The notes beneath the pieces are model-generated. The model was not told where the DNA came from, made no database searches, and saw nothing but the letters and a program-made list of their open reading frames with translations. Positions 60,112 to 64,000 of a stretch of 64,000 nucleotides of DNA are shown in pieces. This DNA comes from Candidatus Woesearchaeota archaeon. GTDB lineage: Archaea > Nanobdellota > Nanobdellia > Woesearchaeales > GW2011-AR9. The stretch lies in contig JACRPH010000003.1 of the NCBI GenBank assembly GCA_016214025.1, positions 1,814-65,813 of the forward strand. Reading direction: 5' to 3'. Position 1 is the stretch's first letter; every line of letters begins with the position of its first letter. Position numbers and translations under genes: made by a program.

Positions 60112-61692
60112 ATGAAACAGTTTACCGACGATAAGAAAGACAGCGCAACCATAGTTACACCTATAGAGTCTATTAAAATCCAGCCAAAAGCCGCTCCAGT
60201 GATTAAACCGGCTCACCCCAAGAAAAAGAAATCTTCTTTTAACTTTATCAGCAGGCTCTTCCAGCCTAAAGTGTTTGAAGTAAATTCCGCCTTGGTTGAA
60301 AAAGGGATTGAAATAACTTTAGCCAAAGGCGCAGACAAACATACGTTCCAGTTAGAATTTCCCGAGGAAGCATGGAAAGCTTTTCCATCAGACTCTAAAA
60401 ATTTTCTTCGTGATAACCTCTCTTTTCTTTCTTCGATTGAGTTGGGGGTAATGTTCAATGCCAAGAAAATAAAGTATAATACCCCCCTGCCGTTGTTCAA
60501 GTCTTTCTTTATGGAATTGCTGCTGCGCTGCCTGTTGTATAGCGGAGATTGCGATTCCAAGCGCGCAGTGGAATATGTTACTAGGTTATGCAACTTGGAG
60601 CTGGTGTTTAAAAGCGAGAAAACCACATCTCATAACTTTACTTTTGCTACTTCAGAAAAAAGCATTAATACGCTAACTTTTGGCAAAGAGAGCTTATTGG
60701 GGTTTGCTTTAGCCCAAGAAATTGGATTAGACCCGGTTCCGGTAATTATAATCGAGCCCGATTCAGATGTGGTGTATAGGAATGTACATCTCCGCACCTT
60801 TGAAGAAGCACACAAAAACAAGTTAATCCCCGAGTTTGAGAAAGAATTTAACCTTAAAGTGCAGCGCATCAGGAATGAATGGTGGTTCTTGCGCGATTAT
60901 ACTTTATGGGACTTAGATAAAACTGATTTGGGGTGGTCCAGCCAGCTGACTCAATATTTATTTTTCCTGCTTCCGTTTAATTATGCCTTTTCTTCCAAAT
61001 ATATGATTTATGGCAACGAATACTCTTGCGATACTTGTTATTACAATGAAGAAGGCTTTAGGTGCCATTTAGTGTATGACCAATCACCGGAATGGATAAG
61101 CCATATGAATACAATATTAAATACGGTTACTAACAGCATGGTTAAGGCTACATCTTTAGTACAGCCGTTGCATGAGATTGCCGTAGCTAAGTTGTTATAT
61201 CAGAGATATCCCCAATATGCTAAATACCAGATGTCTTGCCATGCGGATAATGAGAATGCCCAGAAAAGCCGCTGGTGCTGTTCTTGCGCAAAGTGCGCTA
61301 CCTGTTTTGCTTATATGAAAGCGCTGGGATTCGATCCGCTTTTGGCTGAATTAAAAGAAGATATGTTTACAGCCAAGTTTAAAGATTTATATTGCATCTT
61401 TAATGAAGGGAAAGGCCTTTATTCCAATCCGTTGGGAAAAGAAGAACAGTTGTTTGCATTTCACTTAGCCGCAAAACGCGGGGTGAAAGGAGAGCTGATA
61501 GATTTATTCATAGAAAAGTACGGTATCGATACTGCTTCCCGGGAAGATGAGTTCAGGAATGAGTTTTTTAAGGTCCATCGGCCGCTGAATATCCCTAATC
61601 CTTTGTGGAAAAAGCTTAAGCCAATCTTTGAGGAAGAGCTGAAGAAGCCGGAAGTGCTTAGCGAGGTTAAAGAGGTAAAGAAAGAAGAATGA
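60112..61692 (+). CDS. Hypothetical protein, PP-loop-ATPase-like with a C-terminal Cys cluster (tentative)
   Basis: 'TFGKESLLGFALAQEIG' sits where SGGxDS would be. 'SCHADNENAQKSRWCCSCAKCATCF' resembles the QueC-type zinc cluster. Confidence 0.3.
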   Translation: MKQFTDDKKDSATIVTPIESIKIQPKAAPVIKPAHPKKKKSSFNFISRLFQPKVFEVNSALVEKGIEITLAKGADKHTFQLEFPEEAWKAFPSDSKNFLRDNLSFLSSIELGVMFNAKKIKYNTPLPLFKSFFMELLLRCLLYSGDCDSKRAVEYVTRLCNLELVFKSEKTTSHNFTFATSEKSINTLTFGKESLLGFALAQEIGLDPVPVIIIEPDSDVVYRNVHLRTFEEAHKNKLIPEFEKEFNLKVQRIRNEWWFLRDYTLWDLDKTDLGWSSQLTQYLFFLLPFNYAFSSKYMIYGNEYSCDTCYYNEEGFRCHLVYDQSPEWISHMNTILNTVTNSMVKATSLVQPLHEIAVAKLLYQRYPQYAKYQMSCHADNENAQKSRWCCSCAKCATCFAYMKALGFDPLLAELKEDMFTAKFKDLYCIFNEGKGLYSNPLGKEEQLFAFHLAAKRGVKGELIDLFIEKYGIDTASREDEFRNEFFKVHRPLNIPNPLWKKLKPIFEEELKKPEVLSEVKEVKKEE

Positions 61693-61858
61693 AAAGAAGA
61701 AAAGAAAGAAGAGGAGAAGAAAGAGGGAAGTGTGAAAGCCGAAGAAAAGAAGAGTGATGAAGCTCAGAAAGACGATAAGAAAAGTGATGAGACTAAAAAG
61801 AACAGTTCTACAGAGAAAAAGAAAGCTAAAAGTGAAGAAGCTCCAAAAGAGAAGTAAG

Positions 61859-61868
61859 TTTTATAAAA
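61859..61868 (+). promoter_or_regulatory. TATA box 25 nt upstream of the tRNA 5' end
   Basis: 'gttttataaaatagg'. Confidence 0.5.
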
Positions 61869-61892
61869 TAGGCTCTGAATGTAATTCTTGAT

Positions 61893-62087
61893 GCGGATGT
61901 GCCGGAGTGGTCAAACGTAGTAAGCTTGGCTTATGCGGACTTGACGGGATAGCTCATTTTGGTTCTATCCGAATGAATCCAAACTCAAGGCATGGGAAGA
62001 AAGAGTGCTCATCAGAGTGCTATGAATAATCCCTGTAAGTCATCTATTGGCTTAGTGCCTACCCAGGTTCGATCCCTGGCATCCGCA
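61893..62087 (+). tRNA. tRNA gene (class II-like) interrupted by ~100 nt of intervening sequence; isotype unresolved (Ser-UGA-like 'gcggacttga' is a candidate anticodon arm)
   Basis: Acceptor 'gcggatg' pairs with 'catccgc' plus discriminator a. D-loop 'agtggtcaaa'. T-arm 'ccagg ttcgatc cctgg'. Variable-arm hairpin 'ggc ttagt gcc'. Total 195 nt; followed by a T-tract. Confidence 0.6.
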
Positions 62088-62100
62088 TTTATTTTTTAAC

Positions 62101-62499
62101 ATGGAACGCCCAGAAGAAAATAAAATGACCCCGGCCATTTCCGATTTAAACCAACTCTTGAAATCTATGCAGCCTAAGCTAGTTTCTGGAAAATACGTCT
62201 TCTGCACCGTTCCTAAAGTTAAATTAACTTCCCTAAAAATTACTCCAAAACTGCTATTCCAAGAAGAAGAGGGTGTAACACTAATTCTCGAGAAAGAAGT
62301 TGCAGATGAGAACAAGCTTTCTAAAATTTGCTCCGATAACTACCCCGCCCTCAGCTTCCCGGTCAGCTGCGGCCATAAGAAATCCAGCCCTTCGATGGCT
62401 TCTATGCGCTGGGTGGTTCCGTCACTGGCACGGTTGTATGCCGTTATTCCGGAAGTTTTTGATGTCGGAAACAATAACTTTCGTATTTCGCCCGATTAA
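62101..62499 (+). CDS. ACT_7-like protein; N-terminal half conserved, C-terminal half unrecognisable (possibly disrupted)
   Basis: 'ISDLNQLLKSMQPKLVSGKYVFCTVP' and 'EEEGVTLILEKEVADENKL' match the ACT_7 pattern. The expected 'VHSSLEAVGLTAA...HDHIFV' half is absent. Confidence 0.4.
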   Translation: MERPEENKMTPAISDLNQLLKSMQPKLVSGKYVFCTVPKVKLTSLKITPKLLFQEEEGVTLILEKEVADENKLSKICSDNYPALSFPVSCGHKKSSPSMASMRWVVPSLARLYAVIPEVFDVGNNNFRISPD

Positions 62500-62746
62500 G
62501 GCAGTTAGTTCCATCACGACAGGTTGCTTGGCAAAGTGGGATTTGTTTTAAACTGGTCACATCATACACTTTGTTTATACTATCAACTAAAGTTGAGATT
62601 CCTTCATGGTGGTCGGAGAAAGCTTTGATAAAAAAATGATTGTCCACTTTCTGAAACGAGTAAACTTCTTTACGGAGAGCTAAAAACTTAGAGAAGTCTC
62701 CCCTACAATTATCTGGTACCCCCACCTCTAAAACGCAACTGGGCAT
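62444..62746 (-). CDS. Hypothetical Cys-containing protein (100 aa), possibly frameshifted at its 3' end
   Basis: 'CQATCRDGTNCLNRAKYESYCFRHQK'. A further open frame 'GITAYNRASDGTTQRIEAIEGLDFLWPQLTGKLRAG*' continues downstream in another frame. Confidence 0.35.
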   Translation of the reverse strand: MPSCVLEVGVPDNCRGDFSKFLALRKEVYSFQKVDNHFFIKAFSDHHEGISTLVDSINKVYDVTSLKQIPLCQATCRDGTNCLNRAKYESYCFRHQKLPE

Positions 62747-62847
62747 TTAATCTCTTAACATAAGCTAAAATATATACCTAATCGATATGTTTTTATATAA
62801 GTATGTATCTTATATATCTTAATTAGTGCAATTACTCAACCAAACCC

Positions 62848-63807
62848 ATGGAAGAAAGAAAAATAGTCAAGTCGGGAAATACTAGTTATATCCTAGCTTT
62901 ACCTATAAATTGGATTAGAAAGAACAATTTAAACCGCGGAATGCAGGTGCAGGTTTATGAAAACGAATTGGGAGACTTGGTAATTGCCACCAAGAGAGCG
63001 CTAACTGCGCCCAAAGAAGCAATTGTTACCATAAAAGTTGATGGAAAAGACTTTGATGGCATCTGTTTAGAATTTCTAATAGCATATATTCATGATGCAT
63101 CTTCCATCATCTTTGAAGGAAAAGATATTACTAAAACCAGCGGCAAGCTATTGGATTTTGTAAAATTTTTCATCGGACTTGATGTTATAGAACAAAGCAC
63201 AAAGATAATTGTAGTGAAGAATTTTTTTTCATTGGATAAAGAGACCTCCCCGGGAGTTATTATTAAGAAAATGGATATGATAAATCGAGCAGAATTTGAG
63301 ATGTTGCAGCATTTTTTTCATAAAGGATTTGCAAAAGAGGATTTTTCTGAACTTCAAAGATTAAATGACCAAAATGAACGGTTATTTAACTTGGCAAGAA
63401 AAAGTACATTAAAGCTATTTGAATATCCGCAGTTGATGAAGAATGTGCAAACCGATGCACTTCAACTGGTCAAAGACAAAATGCTGGCACAAGCACTGAG
63501 AACAATATCCGTCGGCTTGCTAAATAGTGGAAATTCATTTCTGTTTTTAGACAATTCCAGAAGTGAGATTAAACCATTAAAAGAATTCTTTGAAAAAGCT
63601 TACTCCGATTATCAAGATTTATTTAATGCTGTATACAACAAATCTGGCGATAGAATAAAAAGTTTTATTAAAAAGCACTTTGGAGATATGGAAGACTTAG
63701 ATAAACTCCTTAAGACTTTAGAGGACCCGCTGATGATTCAAGTTACTAATTCACTCCACATAATTAGATATAATTTAGAGATTATTGCTCAAGAAGCTTT
63801 AATGTGA
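62848..63807 (+). CDS. AbrB/SpoVT-domain plus PhoU-like regulator (archaeal phosphate uptake regulator family)
   Basis: 'RKIVKSGNTSYILALPINWIRKNNLNRGMQVQVYENELGDLVI' is the AbrB-like N-terminus. The helical PhoU-like repeats follow. Confidence 0.65.
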   Translation: MEERKIVKSGNTSYILALPINWIRKNNLNRGMQVQVYENELGDLVIATKRALTAPKEAIVTIKVDGKDFDGICLEFLIAYIHDASSIIFEGKDITKTSGKLLDFVKFFIGLDVIEQSTKIIVVKNFFSLDKETSPGVIIKKMDMINRAEFEMLQHFFHKGFAKEDFSELQRLNDQNERLFNLARKSTLKLFEYPQLMKNVQTDALQLVKDKMLAQALRTISVGLLNSGNSFLFLDNSRSEIKPLKEFFEKAYSDYQDLFNAVYNKSGDRIKSFIKKHFGDMEDLDKLLKTLEDPLMIQVTNSLHIIRYNLEIIAQEALM

Positions 63808-63999
63808 GTTCATCTTTGCTTTTCCCGTATTTACTATAAGTATTTTTTTATGGTTTGGAATCTTGTCTCTCATCTGCAGAAGCATTCCCAGCCCGGCAAT
63901 ACCAGACGGCTCACATACAATGTTTAACTCGTTTGCTAAGTCAACGGCTTCATCTAGGAATTTCTCGCGAAGCAAATATACATTTGAATCCGGTCCGCA
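63799..63999 (-). CDS. C-terminal part of a fold-type II PLP-dependent enzyme (threonine synthase / dehydratase-like); 5' end outside the window
   Basis: Hand translation '...VCEPSGIAGLGMLLQMRDKIPNHKKILIVNTGKAKMNSH*'. Not in the ORF track because there is no start in the window. Confidence 0.45.
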   Translation of the reverse strand, partial: CGPDSNVYLLREKFLDEAVDLANELNIVCEPSGIAGLGMLLQMRDKIPNHKKILIVNTGKAKMNSH

Positions 64000-64000
64000 G

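Overview
This is a low-GC window that looks archaeal, probably from a DPANN-like small genome (inference). Evidence for that: TATA-box promoters, an archaeal-type RPA, pyruvoyl arginine decarboxylase, an AbrB-PhoU regulator, an S-layer protein and many pilin-like N-termini. Housekeeping genes sit mostly at the ends: M24 peptidase, gyrA, scpB, rpa, pdaD, a THUMP protein, and one tRNA with a long intervening sequence.

The centre (18.9-44.5 kb) is a same-strand, tightly packed locus. It holds about 17 small or medium proteins with class III (type IV pilin-like) signal-peptide N-termini and four large Cys-rich surface proteins, one of 2163 aa. No assembly ATPase, platform protein or prepilin peptidase is visible in the window. 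A 4.6-kb opposite-strand island (two radical SAM enzymes, a GT4 glycosyltransferase, two histidine phosphatases) splits this locus and is bounded by a 26-bp direct repeat.

A second accessory island (13.2-17.4 kb) is bounded by a perfect 141-bp direct repeat of the 3' end of an AlbA_2/HATPase_c_4 gene. It carries Bro-N and RhuM genes and a translationally coupled three-gene cassette ending in a caspase/CHAT-like protein. It is also littered with 3' fragments of the neighbouring S-layer gene.

Other items: several MNT/HEPN modules, a ComF-DprA pair, a HemK-kinase fusion, a 50-bp x4 tandem repeat and several decayed genes. No rRNA, CRISPR array, integrase or transposase was recognised. All calls are by eye from motifs; no searches were run.
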